DNA from: Craspedostauros australis
Taxonomy: Eukaryota
Direction of reading: 5' to 3'
DNA length: 64,000 nt
NCBI GenBank assembly: GCA_030167865.1
Contig: JALAGF010001026.1
Location: 1 to 64,000 of the forward strand
Below are positions 36,001 through 46,653 of the stretch, one piece after another (within the stretch, counting starts at the first letter, position 1; every line of letters starts with the position of its first letter). Made by a program: the position numbers and the translations under genes. The notes under the pieces are model-generated. The model searched no databases. It was not told the DNA's origin and saw only the letters and a program-made list of their open reading frames with translations.

Positions 36001-39000
36001 ACAACAGGACCGAACCAGCTACCGTGCGCATCGCGTGTGTACGCGATAGTCCAAAGGTCCAACACGAATCAAGGCACCGACGATAGCGACACACAGAGCG
36101 GGAGTTACGAAAGCAACAGCGCCTGCAAAACATTGTTCGTGCGTCCCATCGTATCATTGGAATGGACGCAGGATGACTTGGAAGATCTCTCCATCTCAAC
36201 CACCGCATCGCAAGCATATCGAAGGACGGCGGCCTTCGATGCGCATTACGGAATCAACTACGATCCCATCACGCATTGTCTTGTCTTGCGAACGACGTAC
36301 TGCCGACAGAGTGACGGCAACGGTAACGGCAGCGAGGGAAGATTCGCTCCTGTGCGTGCAATCTGGAACTGGCGAGACCATGTTTTGGGATTGGTCGTCT
36401 CTGGTGCCTTCATTAAAACCCCGCGGCAATATCAGCAGCACAACAATGATGGAAACGACGACGACAGAATAAGCACAGCACCGCAGGCCGATCCAACCCT
36501 CTACGTGACATCGCAGTGGATGCTAGCATGGGGTGGACAGCGCGGGCGGCATTTGGTGCAGCTGGATTCGTTGCAAACACCGGAAGGCATCTTTTGGTAC
36601 CAGCGCGTTCACGAGGTGGGCGTCCTATCACCTCCCAACTCTTCCGTGGTTTCGCTGGATGAATCCATCTCGCTGCTCATGGGCAATTCGTCCGTCTTTT
36701 TTCCGATGGTGTCGAGACCAACCTGTCGCAGTGCGACGGAGTTGCAATGGAGAGAAACGGCATTGCCGTTGCCGTATCTGCAGGACAACGGGCCACCGCG
36801 GCTAGTTGCCATGAGCATGGGACGGCAGGCCGATCCGGATTGCCGCAGAGGCTTTTCCATCGCAGTGGCATGCTTCCGTGGTCTAGCAATGCTCACATCC
36901 ACGCTGACGGCATCGTACGTTCCACGGTGGCGACTTTTCGGCAGCGAGACCGAGGAGCGATCCTTCCGAGTCATTGCCATGACTTGGTGGGAATGTGACG
37001 CATCGTCCATGACGGATCACAGCGAAGACTTGTTGGTCGTCATCATTCAGCATTGCGACAGCCATCAGCAGTTCCTGTCGTGCTGGTCCGCGAAGCGATT
37101 GGACGTTGCGCACCAATTGATGCATCCTTTTCGAAGGAAGAAGTCCAACAACAACGCGTCGTTGTCGTCCGCCACCGAAGCATTGTCGAGGACGACCAGC
37201 AAATGGGGACTCCGTCTCCCGGATGACTTCTCCGCCACGTCTCTGTCCGTCTTGGCGGAATCCACATCCAAGGGACAAGCGGAACGCCGTGCCGTCGCTA
37301 TGTGCAGCCGGACGGACCCAAGGACGGGCGGTCTCCAACACCTCGTGTACAACCTGCAAGTGATCGATACGGCGAAGACCGACATGATGTCCAACAACAA
37401 CAGCAACAGCAAGTTGGACACCTCGACCGATCAATCCCCCTTCCACATAGTTGGCAAAGCCGTTTCCAAGGGCATCATCTCTCCACGCCAGGATCCCTCG
37501 CTGCATTCCATCTATGGCACCTTCCTGGCGAGCGCCAACTTCGACTACGATCTGGAGCACGAAATAGAGATGGAGGCATCAACACAATCCGAGGATGAGT
37601 GGTTGGTCACCATTGGAATCGTGTACACGCCTGGCGGATTAAAGATGGCTGTGCTGACCAAGCATTCCGTCCACATCAACGTGCTGCCGGTGATTTCTGA
37701 CCAAGAAATAGGAAAATTCTGGCTGGCCAATGTGTCAGATGCCGCCTTCACGTGGGCCATCGAATGCACGGATGGTGACCTGTTTTGCTGGACGGTCCCA
37801 TCGGTGGATGACGAAGAAGGATCGACGGTTTTGCCAAGTACATTGGCCGACAACCTACCCAAAGGACTTGGGTCCCCCAAGATGTTGAAATCAACTGCAC
37901 GCGTCATCAACGGCGTCGCGAAGACGGCAACTACGACGACCTCAACAATCTCTGACAGCTTCTCATTTCTTCACGGGTACATTCACAACGTTGGGTCCTC
38001 CAGCGATTGGATGCAACACTCTTCGATGGGTCATAAATCGGAATTGACGCTCGGCATTGCGCCAGGCTCCTCCTTCGGATGTCTGCTACGATCGGGACAA
38101 TCCACGAAGAGGTTGTTCCGGTCCATCCCAGATGACACCTTCGACGTCGAAATCTTTGCGCCCGACTTCTTGGACTTTCAAGTTCTGGGTCCGAGCACCT
38201 TCATCATGACACCGCCAGCCTGCATCCCCGTGCTGTACTCGCAGTTTGTGGAGGTCGCGCACCTTCGAGCGACCTATCTCCAGGGCGACAGGAATCCGGC
38301 TCATCGCAAACAACCGAAAGAACAACAATCGCAACAAGCGGAGCAGGAGAAGGAGAAAAAGGGAGAAGATGGGGAGACGAGCAAAAAAGACAATGACAAC
38401 GATGGTGATGATGATGAAGATGAAGCGATGTTGGAAAGGGAGGCCGCAGAGGATCGAATCCGGATCATTGAGCAACGTATTGTGCATCGTTTGAATGATG
38501 CTCCCAATCAAGATGCAATCTCCATGGCACTACAGCTGCTGATTCTGCGTGCGGTGGAACTTGTCGCTCGAGCACAGAAGAAGCGATCTAAGGCAAAGTC
38601 TGAATCCGCGGCTCATGCTCGATTGCTCACGAAGACGCTGTTTGCGGAAATCGTCCGTGTCATCGACGAACGGATGTCGGGCGTTCAGATTGCATCACTT
38701 TTTGTAGAGGTCGGCCGGCAGATGGAACCGAGCTTCCTGTCGTTCCTGTTCCCGCTACCAATCTCGTCGAACAAGCTTGGAAGCAACGCCATCGAAGGAA
38801 GCAGGCACGCCATTTCCATCTCGAACTCCATCACGCCGCAAGATCTGTTCGATCATGCCTTGAAGGAGAAGTCGCTGATCATTCCGGCGGCCACATTGCC
38901 GCTGCTCTCGCCCAGGGTTCAGTCGCGGCGCCATTGCGAAGTACTGCTAAGGTACTGCTTGGAATCCATCATCGAGAACACCAACCCGCTCTGCGACGTC

Positions 39001-40248
39001 GGGTTCGACCATACCTGCGAGGAACGCGTTGTGATTGGCGATATTTTTCGCTTCGGCATCAAGTTGGAGGACGGTGCTGACTGGGATCAGCTGCTGGGCA
39101 ACGAATCTGGGTCTGACGACAGCATCGACGAAAACGATGGCGACGATGTTTCGACAGAGCTGCGAACCGGCGTCCTCAACGAAAGCCAGGAAACACCTTC
39201 GATGCGTGGTGATGCCAACCGTGCACGTTCAGAATCGAGTCTATCGTTGCAGGATCTTCAAAGTGTGGGGTCCACGAACATGAGCAACGAGAACGCTTCC
39301 ACCAGATCTGCTCCTCGAGAGGGCGGCTCCCTGGTCTGCTTCAGCCGCAGCCAAGCGTACAGCCAAAGTCCAGGTATGAGTCGGCACAGCAGCAGGAGCT
39401 CCGTCCTTACCTGCTTGGTGCCAGCCATGTTTTCCAGCTCCAATCACATGGAAATGCCATTCTCGGACGAGGGAACCTTCTCTTCAGGTGATCTATCCTC
39501 CGACGAAGACTCTGAATCTCGCTCCATCTACGGAGATGGCGATGAAGGTGGCAATCGCGCCATCGTCGCCATCGTTGGCAGTGGCGGTGGCGGTGCGATC
39601 ACCCCAAGCGGAAGCAACTCCGCGGAAAAGCTGGAAGGTGTGGCAGTGATTGTAGGCGAGTTGCTGATCGAGCAAGACACATCTTTTCCAGAGTACTGGC
39701 GGCTGATCGCCATGCTCTGCCGACTTTTGGAAGCACCGGAGTCGGCGCGCCAATCGTCGTCGTCGGTGCAGTGGAGAGAGCTGCTGGATCGCATCCAGCT
39801 GAAGGACATGTACCTGCTGGTGGGGCGCAAAAAGGAGGATATCACCATGGCGATGACGATCGAAGTGCTCGCGAACCTCATGGCCACAGGTCAGGATACC
39901 TTGGACATCAACGAGGGTCTTTGCATTTTGGACATCGTCTCCTTGCTGCTGAGCCGCCTGCAGACCAACTTGAAGCAGCATGTGGTGCTGCGATCACACC
40001 TGGCAGTCATGGCGTTGCTCGCAGCCCAAATATGCGGGTGCTACACAGAGCTAGTGCTCGGGGAGGATGCTGATGAAGATGGCGAAGAAGATTTGTCCCT
40101 CATCGAGGAGTGCATCGAAAAGGCCGTCGATGCCATCAGCGACGACGAGAGCGGTTTCGTGACTGGATCGGAGATCGACGACTCAGAAGTGATTGATGGT
40201 ACAGAGGAAGGTGGCGGTGATGACGATGGTAGTAGTAGCGGAGATTAA
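33031..40248 (+). CDS. RIC1: RIC1-like Rab6 GEF subunit, 2405 aa
   Basis: RWRLFGSETEERSF in the propeller region and LFVEVGRQMEPSFLSFLFP...TPQDLFDHAL resemble conserved RIC1 motifs. Single long ORF with low-complexity inserts. Confidence 0.72.
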   Translation: MGRLLLALGSPLSASSTSSPWPRISASQDQLRQEDSHGSHAYNDDDDDTSYANDDHDLSSSQFWNESNRSLGPGDWQHKQHQRRTSANRRLRKRGRYNWDGVIGANDDIHADNSTTNNSAKHRQQQQQQQRNDHSVAHSAHFAPEAMSPRASPRPSLSSPMSSPSSVSSPRQLQLQQQSPNGGLSPGQRASSSTRRNSDKSILPPTQTSTTEYRYDRFPLHNTAVVANCPHSEWMAQATVSYYEVQENRTVETIETIECLTPVPKRKSSIAASSSPGRMATSSSSASSSFGPSVATTRCTTAKSTVVAQVIVQIRPIVRPMQQNNSHTHILRDTKHQIVVASKTISTRTYSVESKNADGQREHERNDDSNNANDGDNDDKDDKHDAAALETLPEGNESFRLSTNEHGNSEHRTTSQDEDQQQLYEPRQPQLVFSVDRQRIFLLLFHPCHPASKLVLFQLRRPRKQVPITPPPLGSSRNLGASLSHLGGPDYPSQPIPLPSYLQDLSDAAGTSAASNTFNNSSNNNANGGNALLRSPNGAASAVDTKNQLRNIISPAVATHPQLIEPWGMTHMITAITPLIGMVHPEPTLLLVTEEGQWMWLGCRSAQIMARAKYEIYACGPTDRASMKLSDSATNDGSLTGTSESQTRTPPSSTLSKVSSQASFGSMTATTVSMSPSPPIVRLSATMLPKKLSAITTAASSSPAASPLSHQQGRVLAIDATGKATLLEWHIAPPTLAQSLKAGRRNSTGSSPLPVDGSSSTSAMANTKAILQTTPTKKSSKKKKKKRAARGEGQIAEPAKAASMPAKIDSATAEPQNRPNRFQQFLSRFPGRKDDGNNNSNSNSNGATPAGEKNGKADSANTAKRSSKGRSKSPKRDRRPNAIASAMAGVMSPKPKGKVKSPTRKKSNSSSKKQGKKSSFSHKQRHGWQTSSHAAGMAIRTTMTTTNVDIKEVTLSSKSADDDDNDWYHVVAGTWITPSLIAAVYEPGHVTTGPNQLPCASRVYAIVQRSNTNQGTDDSDTQSGSYESNSACKTLFVRPIVSLEWTQDDLEDLSISTTASQAYRRTAAFDAHYGINYDPITHCLVLRTTYCRQSDGNGNGSEGRFAPVRAIWNWRDHVLGLVVSGAFIKTPRQYQQHNNDGNDDDRISTAPQADPTLYVTSQWMLAWGGQRGRHLVQLDSLQTPEGIFWYQRVHEVGVLSPPNSSVVSLDESISLLMGNSSVFFPMVSRPTCRSATELQWRETALPLPYLQDNGPPRLVAMSMGRQADPDCRRGFSIAVACFRGLAMLTSTLTASYVPRWRLFGSETEERSFRVIAMTWWECDASSMTDHSEDLLVVIIQHCDSHQQFLSCWSAKRLDVAHQLMHPFRRKKSNNNASLSSATEALSRTTSKWGLRLPDDFSATSLSVLAESTSKGQAERRAVAMCSRTDPRTGGLQHLVYNLQVIDTAKTDMMSNNNSNSKLDTSTDQSPFHIVGKAVSKGIISPRQDPSLHSIYGTFLASANFDYDLEHEIEMEASTQSEDEWLVTIGIVYTPGGLKMAVLTKHSVHINVLPVISDQEIGKFWLANVSDAAFTWAIECTDGDLFCWTVPSVDDEEGSTVLPSTLADNLPKGLGSPKMLKSTARVINGVAKTATTTTSTISDSFSFLHGYIHNVGSSSDWMQHSSMGHKSELTLGIAPGSSFGCLLRSGQSTKRLFRSIPDDTFDVEIFAPDFLDFQVLGPSTFIMTPPACIPVLYSQFVEVAHLRATYLQGDRNPAHRKQPKEQQSQQAEQEKEKKGEDGETSKKDNDNDGDDDEDEAMLEREAAEDRIRIIEQRIVHRLNDAPNQDAISMALQLLILRAVELVARAQKKRSKAKSESAAHARLLTKTLFAEIVRVIDERMSGVQIASLFVEVGRQMEPSFLSFLFPLPISSNKLGSNAIEGSRHAISISNSITPQDLFDHALKEKSLIIPAATLPLLSPRVQSRRHCEVLLRYCLESIIENTNPLCDVGFDHTCEERVVIGDIFRFGIKLEDGADWDQLLGNESGSDDSIDENDGDDVSTELRTGVLNESQETPSMRGDANRARSESSLSLQDLQSVGSTNMSNENASTRSAPREGGSLVCFSRSQAYSQSPGMSRHSSRSSVLTCLVPAMFSSSNHMEMPFSDEGTFSSGDLSSDEDSESRSIYGDGDEGGNRAIVAIVGSGGGGAITPSGSNSAEKLEGVAVIVGELLIEQDTSFPEYWRLIAMLCRLLEAPESARQSSSSVQWRELLDRIQLKDMYLLVGRKKEDITMAMTIEVLANLMATGQDTLDINEGLCILDIVSLLLSRLQTNLKQHVVLRSHLAVMALLAAQICGCYTELVLGEDADEDGEEDLSLIEECIEKAVDAISDDESGFVTGSEIDDSEVIDGTEEGGGDDDGSSSGD

Positions 40249-40734
40249 GATGTTGTGACGCGCAGTGAGTCCCTCTGTCACAGCCTCATTCTCGTACCAT
40301 ACGTAGTTGTGCGAGTATGGCGTGGTGCATGAGCAGGATTTTGTCTAAGACCCGTAGCATTGAAGGAGTGCCCAGCCGCGCTAATCGGGACTCAACATGT
40401 TCTTACAGTTTAACATTAGTTATTAGATGCAATCTGTGCAACTTCACGGACAAGTTGATGTGAAAACGGTCTTCATCCGAGCCCTTGCTTCAGAAGTTAT
40501 TCTGCGAGGGTCTCTATGACGGTCTCAAGGAGAGAGAGGACCAAAACTATTGCAAGGCCAATAACTATTGCAAGGTCAATAACTTTTGAACCACAACTAC
40601 CTCGATTCTTACGTTAATCCGCCATGAACAGATAATCACGCAGATTCTGAACATGAACTCGGTTTGAACAATTGTACTCACGCGTAGGCACGACAGCCCC
40701 TCCTTCCTGAAGTAATTGTATGGTACCTAAGCAT

Positions 40735-43700
40735 TTACTTTGCCATCTCCCGAAGGCGGACTCTCAGCTTTTCAACCTTCCTCGTCGCTCCCCATTTCTT
40801 GTACAAGCGGATCGATTCGTCCAGCGCAAGCAGAGCCGCGTCGTGCCTTCCCATCCTCGAGAAGCACTCCGAAAAGCGCTCGTTCGCCAAGGCCTGATCA
40901 TGACTGAAGCCGTGGCTCTTGGCCAGTTCGATGGCATCCTTGAACTTGCAGAGCGCAGAAGCGTACTTTGCGCGTGACATCTTGGATTCGCCTTCCAGAA
41001 AAGCAACAGCATGGAGGCAGTTTGGGTTCCCCTTTTCCTTCCACTGCCGCAGCTGCTTCAGGCACTTGTTGCCGTGCTTTAGATGCAGGCGTGCCTTCGC
41101 CGTCATCTTTCTCTGCTTGATGGTGTGAGCAGCAGCGTAGCAGGACATACCGCCGTGTAAGGCCGTTGCTGGAAGTACATTGAGTCCAGGATATTTCTTG
41201 AGCTTGATGCTGAACGTTTGGATGGACAGCGAGGCCGCGAGCTCGTAATCTCCCAAGAAGGCTGCGACGAACTGCTTGTATCCAAGAATCGCGAAGTGGA
41301 AAAATGAATCGCCCTCTTCGATTGCTCGTTGGATGGCAGCATCTTCGTCCAACGCATCGCCCGTCAGCTTGGTGTCGTGTCGAGATAGACCCCTCAGATT
41401 CTGAACGGCTTGCCAACTCGCGCTCAGGAATTGTATCTGATCCAGCTGTCGGTAATCTTTGAGTATGTTCGAATACTTGAGCATGTCCTCATCCAATCGA
41501 GCAAGTGGCTTGCCCCATACGAAGGAAGTTTGCGCAAAGTTGACTGCGCTTCGCAGAGCCGTGTCCACGTCTCCGTAGGTCATCGCTAAGTCATGAGCCC
41601 TCAGGAAGTGTGACAACGAATCTTGCACCGGATGCAACCAATGCAAGGTGCACAGATGGACGAGGAACACCACCTTGCCTCTGCAATTGTGATTGGATGG
41701 GATTTCCGCCATCTGCAATGCGATCTTTGCGATCTGTTCTGCCACCACGAAATCACCCATGAAGTATCCCACGAGGAGGGACAGTTGTGCGAAGGCGATG
41801 GAAGAATACGGCATGATCCCATGCTTCATCGTCCTTTCGACGCACTCCAAGACGATCAAGGGGAGCATCTCTGGGCAGGCGATGTAAGCGATGATGCTGA
41901 ATTTGCTAAGTGTTTTCACGATGGCCATTTGATTTGGATCCGCGGATATTCTTGCTGACGACGACAGTGATGATGATGCCGACGCCGATGATCGTCGTGC
42001 GTGTCGATTGCTTTGGATGGATTCTAGCGACGTCCATTTGGCTGCCATCCTCTTTGCCTTGGAGAGGCCCCGCAGGACTCGAACAGTCCTGGCCATCTTG
42101 CCCTTCGGAAATGTGCACCCGAGCTCGCTGAGCACGTGCAGGAGCACTGGCTTAGTCTCGTTGATTCTTGCCTCCTGAGACTCGGTGAACAGGGCGTCGA
42201 TGAAGATATGGTAGGCTCGGATCTTGTGAAGGATGGAGCAATCCAAGTCAAGGATAGCCGAGCAGTACTTCTTCAATCCGTCCGAATCGGCATTGATGTA
42301 CGCGCATTCGGCGGCGGAGGAGTATATGTCCAGGCTCAGATGAAAATTCAACTTCCAGTGATCTTCCGGCAACAGCTGGATGGCCGTTCGGAAGTATCCT
42401 ATGGCGGACTGGAATGCCGCGGACTCCACCGCCAGCTGACCTGCCTTGTAGTTGAGCATGACGATTCTGCGGCGACGATCCGGTTGCTGAGCGTTGGCGG
42501 GTACCAGATCAAGTCTTGAGTTGATTAGACCGGCGAACATGAAAACTTCATGCTCTCCCATATCGCCCTTGGAGTATGATGATAGCAGGACGTCCCCGAC
42601 TCTATGTTGCAGCTCGGAGAGCTTGTCTTGGGGAACGAGCGACAGCGCCGCCTCTTGGACCTTGTCATGAACGAAGGTGTATCGTTCACTGTGCTTGGCA
42701 TTGGCTTTCGTATTGGCTGGGTTTTTCATTTTCATTTTCTGTGTTTGGGAGGCACGACGCTTCGTAGCATGTGGCAAGGAGCGCTGGATCAGGCCCTCCT
42801 TCTCGCAGACATCAAGGCTGCTGCATATGCCGGCGTTGGTTGTGGCATCGGCTTGCAGTTGGTGGCGGGAGAGGGAATGGTCGCTTGTTCGGTGCAAGGA
42901 TTTGGACAAGAGGGAGTCGTCCTCGTCGAGCAAAAGGTTTCCGAAGAAGCCGCGGTGGTCGGAATGAATGGACATCGCGCGGATGACCAGGATCAGTTTC
43001 TTCTTGGAAAAGCAGGCCCCGAGACATGCGGCGACTGGCAGCACATGACGAGCAGCATCCAAGCGTTGCAGCTTTTGCTTCATCAGGTCCACAATGTTGT
43101 CCGTTGCGGATGACTCCGCCATGATCTGTTCTTCGTTCCAAATCCACTTGAGCCCGCCGTCGACGTCAAAGCAGAGCAGCTTCTGGTCCACCAACGATTC
43201 CATGAATTGCTTGACGAAGAAGATGTTGCCGCCTGTCCGACGATGGACGATGTCGGCGAGGCTATCGACGTCCTTGTCATTGTCTGGCAGCAGTACCTCG
43301 ACGAGAAGTTCACGGATGCTCGGCAGCGGCAGATCCTCCATACCGATGTCGAGGATGCGGATTGCCCGTTCTCGTTTGCACGCCCGGATGTTCGCAATCA
43401 TAGCCTGCAGTCCCGCGCTTTGCTGTAGCTGGTTGGATCTGTAGCAGCCAATGATCATGAGCGATTTGATATTGCCATCCAGCATCCATGCTTGCATGAG
43501 ATTCAACGATGCCTTGTCGGCCCATTGGATGTCATCCACCATCAGCACCAAGGGACTGTGCTTGCAGATGATCTGCAGGAACCTTTTGAGAGTGTTGGTG
43601 ATTCGATCCGATTTCTCTCTGTATCCTTCCGTGGTGCCGGACAAGGGTGCGCCGCTGTCTTGTGTGCTTGCGTCGGCCACAGAGGACAACGTGCTGGAAA

Positions 43701-44556
43701 GGCTGGCGAAGGAGGGTTGCTTGGCCAAGAGATGTCCATCACCGTGAGGTTGATGGGAATCGAACTTTGACGTGGTGATGCCTATATCTTCTGCAGATCT
43801 CCCAGTCATGATCTCCGACAAGCTCGGAATGATCTTGCAGAGGGTCGTGAGTTCGTTCGTTGAGATCTCCCGGATCAAGGCTCGTCTCAGCTTTGACAAC
43901 CGTCGTGGATCCTTGACGCTCGCACCGACGATGTCGTTTTGCGGGAGCTCCTTGATTTGCTCAATCAGTTGGCACATGGCCGTCTTGATTCCTGAGTAAG
44001 GCTCCTCCATCTGCTGCAGGTCAAACTTTCCGCAGACGAAGAAGGCAAAGTTATCCAAGCAAAGCGGCTTGTGATGCAAGGCCAAGGCGGATTTGCCGGT
44101 TCCAGATTGTCCCGAGATGAGGCACATCGTCTTCAGCCTGCCCTTGGTGCTGGTCCTGCCTATGGTATCGCTGTCATTGGCCGAAGCAATTCTTCGACTG
44201 CTTCCGATGGTACTGTCGCTGTTGCTGTAGGTGTCATCCAACAGCGAGACGGCACGAGGCCTGAGCAACTGCTTCAGCGCATTGGAGATCACCCGCTTTT
44301 CAGTCTCCCTTCCGACCAGTCCGGCACGCTTGAAGTTGAATGAGTAGCCATTCTGATGATCCGGGGAGGATTCGTCATCCGTTGTCGTGGCAGACGACAC
44401 GGTCGCGGCATCGTTGATGATCTCGTTGATGAGCTTGTTGGGAGCGGTGGGACCGATGGGGCCTTTGGAATGATCCATCGTCTTGCTTTGGATGATGCTC
44501 AATCCCTTCGGCATCGCATTGCGAAGTGGAACTGTGGTCTGCATTGTTGTTGTCAT
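40735..44556 (-). CDS. STAND/AAA_16-type ATPase with C-terminal TPR-like helical region
   Basis: LVGRETEK, Walker A GQSGTGKS, GKFD, Walker B LMVDDIQWAD, TGGNIFFVKQF, YTFVHDKVQEAA, and C-terminal ALANER...YKKWGATRKV. Confidence 0.85.
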   Translation of the reverse strand: MTTTMQTTVPLRNAMPKGLSIIQSKTMDHSKGPIGPTAPNKLINEIINDAATVSSATTTDDESSPDHQNGYSFNFKRAGLVGRETEKRVISNALKQLLRPRAVSLLDDTYSNSDSTIGSSRRIASANDSDTIGRTSTKGRLKTMCLISGQSGTGKSALALHHKPLCLDNFAFFVCGKFDLQQMEEPYSGIKTAMCQLIEQIKELPQNDIVGASVKDPRRLSKLRRALIREISTNELTTLCKIIPSLSEIMTGRSAEDIGITTSKFDSHQPHGDGHLLAKQPSFASLSSTLSSVADASTQDSGAPLSGTTEGYREKSDRITNTLKRFLQIICKHSPLVLMVDDIQWADKASLNLMQAWMLDGNIKSLMIIGCYRSNQLQQSAGLQAMIANIRACKRERAIRILDIGMEDLPLPSIRELLVEVLLPDNDKDVDSLADIVHRRTGGNIFFVKQFMESLVDQKLLCFDVDGGLKWIWNEEQIMAESSATDNIVDLMKQKLQRLDAARHVLPVAACLGACFSKKKLILVIRAMSIHSDHRGFFGNLLLDEDDSLLSKSLHRTSDHSLSRHQLQADATTNAGICSSLDVCEKEGLIQRSLPHATKRRASQTQKMKMKNPANTKANAKHSERYTFVHDKVQEAALSLVPQDKLSELQHRVGDVLLSSYSKGDMGEHEVFMFAGLINSRLDLVPANAQQPDRRRRIVMLNYKAGQLAVESAAFQSAIGYFRTAIQLLPEDHWKLNFHLSLDIYSSAAECAYINADSDGLKKYCSAILDLDCSILHKIRAYHIFIDALFTESQEARINETKPVLLHVLSELGCTFPKGKMARTVRVLRGLSKAKRMAAKWTSLESIQSNRHARRSSASASSSLSSSARISADPNQMAIVKTLSKFSIIAYIACPEMLPLIVLECVERTMKHGIMPYSSIAFAQLSLLVGYFMGDFVVAEQIAKIALQMAEIPSNHNCRGKVVFLVHLCTLHWLHPVQDSLSHFLRAHDLAMTYGDVDTALRSAVNFAQTSFVWGKPLARLDEDMLKYSNILKDYRQLDQIQFLSASWQAVQNLRGLSRHDTKLTGDALDEDAAIQRAIEEGDSFFHFAILGYKQFVAAFLGDYELAASLSIQTFSIKLKKYPGLNVLPATALHGGMSCYAAAHTIKQRKMTAKARLHLKHGNKCLKQLRQWKEKGNPNCLHAVAFLEGESKMSRAKYASALCKFKDAIELAKSHGFSHDQALANERFSECFSRMGRHDAALLALDESIRLYKKWGATRKVEKLRVRLREMAK

Positions 44557-45689
44557 TGCAGTAGCTGATACCTGTGCACCGTACTATACTATGGTGGTAT
44601 GAGTGTATCGTACGCAGAGTCAAGTCGATTGGCTGGGCGGTGCGAATAGTTCGAGCCAGCGATTGGATCACTTGCTATGGCACTGTCAGAGGAAGTGACT
44701 GAAATTAATGGGGGGTTGGAGCATGGCAGAGATGTGCGCGTGTGCACAAGCCATGGTACTCGCACGAGCAGTGATGCTGGGACTCCTTGTGGTTGTCGCG
44801 ATTGCGCCACGCGATCACAACCTTGCACAGCATCAGTATCGTGAGCGCAGGAAGACGGTGTTTCGTGCCACCACATGTTGGCGGTGACAACGTGCTTCCC
44901 CGTCCACACCAGGATTGTGAGATGTCCAAAAGGCACAAGAAGAAGAACGTAAGGGCGCTATCACAGTTGTCAGCCATAATTGCAGAGCGCCTGGGCATAG
45001 CGGGGACCTGTCATTGTGCGTGCATTGTGCGTGCATTGCACGTTTGTTTTGGTCATGGATTGAGCACGAGAGATATCCTTCCAAGGAGCCTTGCGTAATT
45101 CGAATCCACGACCAACACGGTTGTATTGATCCATTCCCTATGTGTTATTTGTTCTTAGCTGGTGGATGAATTTGTCATCACCATAGGTGTTCAGCGTTAC
45201 TATGGCGAACGCGGCCTTTCTCATCCCTCATCACGAATGATGTCTCTCCGTTTGCACCGGGAGCATGTCAGTCGTAATATATGATGTTTAGAAATACATT
45301 TTGAGACACGAATCATGTCTGAATGAAAGGATCAAACACGAACCGTTGTGAAGATTAGTCAAATGGGTCGATGATGAAAGGTGGAATCTGACACGTCATC
45401 TCGTCCATAGAATCTTCGTTGCGCTTCTTCTGGACACAACCCTTAGTTTCAGTACTGAGGCCACGTGAAGCACAATTCGATGAAATTCCAACAGATGCGA
45501 GATGAGGCAAAGAACAGGTTCCGCCACAACACAACACGCAAACAGGACAACACAACAGCACGCAGAAGATCGTGGGTTGACACAATTCCAAACCCAAACA
45601 CGAAGACGGACACAAAACGAAAACAGGACATCTTTGAGAAGACACCAACCCAACCAACACCAACTCCAACAACAACAACAACAGCCACC

Positions 45690-46367
45690 ATGCCGGTAAG
45701 TACGGCTGCTGCTTCTGCTCGATTGGTTCAGCTGGGAACGAACGTGGAAAACAGCGCAGCGTGTGCAAACACGGCCGCAGATTCACGATGTTGATCTCAC
45801 CCAACTGTTCTTTTGACTTTCCCAACCGCCAACTGATTGATCGATCAACCCACCAAACTATCAACACACAACGCACAATGCATATTGCGCGACGAATCAC
45901 GATGACACGTGCAGCGCGGAAGAAGAGGAGGAGCATCCCGTGCTGCGCCACGACCAGCGCGGCGTCGCCCAGTGGCTGCACCACCAGCCCGTGCTGCCAG
46001 CACATCCACACCTGCGCCAATGCAGCCACAGCAATCCTCCGGAGGTGGCATGCTTTCCGGAATCGGATCCACCATCGCCCAAGGTATGGCATTCGGTACC
46101 GGATCTGCCATCGCCCACCGTGCGGTCGGAGCCGCCGCCGGTGCCCTGACCGGAGGTGGCGAGGAGCCAGCCTCGCAGCAGCCAATGGAGGTCACTGGCG
46201 GACAACCGCAGGCCCAGCAGCAGCAGATTCAGGGAGCATGCGCCCAGGACAAGCAGATGTTCTTCGATTGCCTCCAGCACAACAGAGGCGACCAGCAGGC
46301 CTGCTCTTTCTTGTACGACACTCTCCAAACTTGCCAGCGTGAGCAGAGCTCCATGCAGTTCAGCTAA
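45690..46367 (+). CDS. CHCHD2: CHCHD2/CHCHD10/Mix17-family mitochondrial twin-CX9C protein; exons 45690-45695 and 45915-46367
   Basis: GSTIAQGMAFGTGSAIAHRAVG helix and twin CX9C (CAQDKQMFFDC, CSFLYDTLQTC). The ATGCCG|GTAAGT first exon gives the typical MPRGRR start. Confidence 0.92.
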
Positions 46368-46653
46368 TTTATCGCGTTGGACAGCTTCCTTGGATGATGG
46401 ACACCGTCTCGTGAACACCTCGTCCCAGAGTACTCGTATCATCAGACAAATTAGACGATCCGCTGGGTGAAGGATGGAGTGACAAATGAAGAGCCCACAC
46501 AACAAGAGAGCAGAATGGGTCGAACTCTCTGGTCTACTCTGCTCACATGATCCCAACGGAACAGTAGGCATTCTAAGAATTGGTCTCTAGCAAGATCGAA
46601 TTACCATACCAAATCTCTGCTGCTCCAACAATACAGAATCCAGCGGTTTTGAC

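Noticed and set aside
40545-40585. 18-bp tandem duplication AACTATTGCAAGG(C/T)CAAT between convergent genes
   Set aside because: Only two copies and no further structure.
11697-44556. HPt and STAND ATPase as a linked two-component system
   Set aside because: They are about 28 kb apart with unrelated genes between, and the ATPase has no histidine kinase or receiver domain.
45090-45120. TTCGAATCC T-loop-like motif
   Set aside because: No cloverleaf or acceptor stem around it, so not a tRNA.
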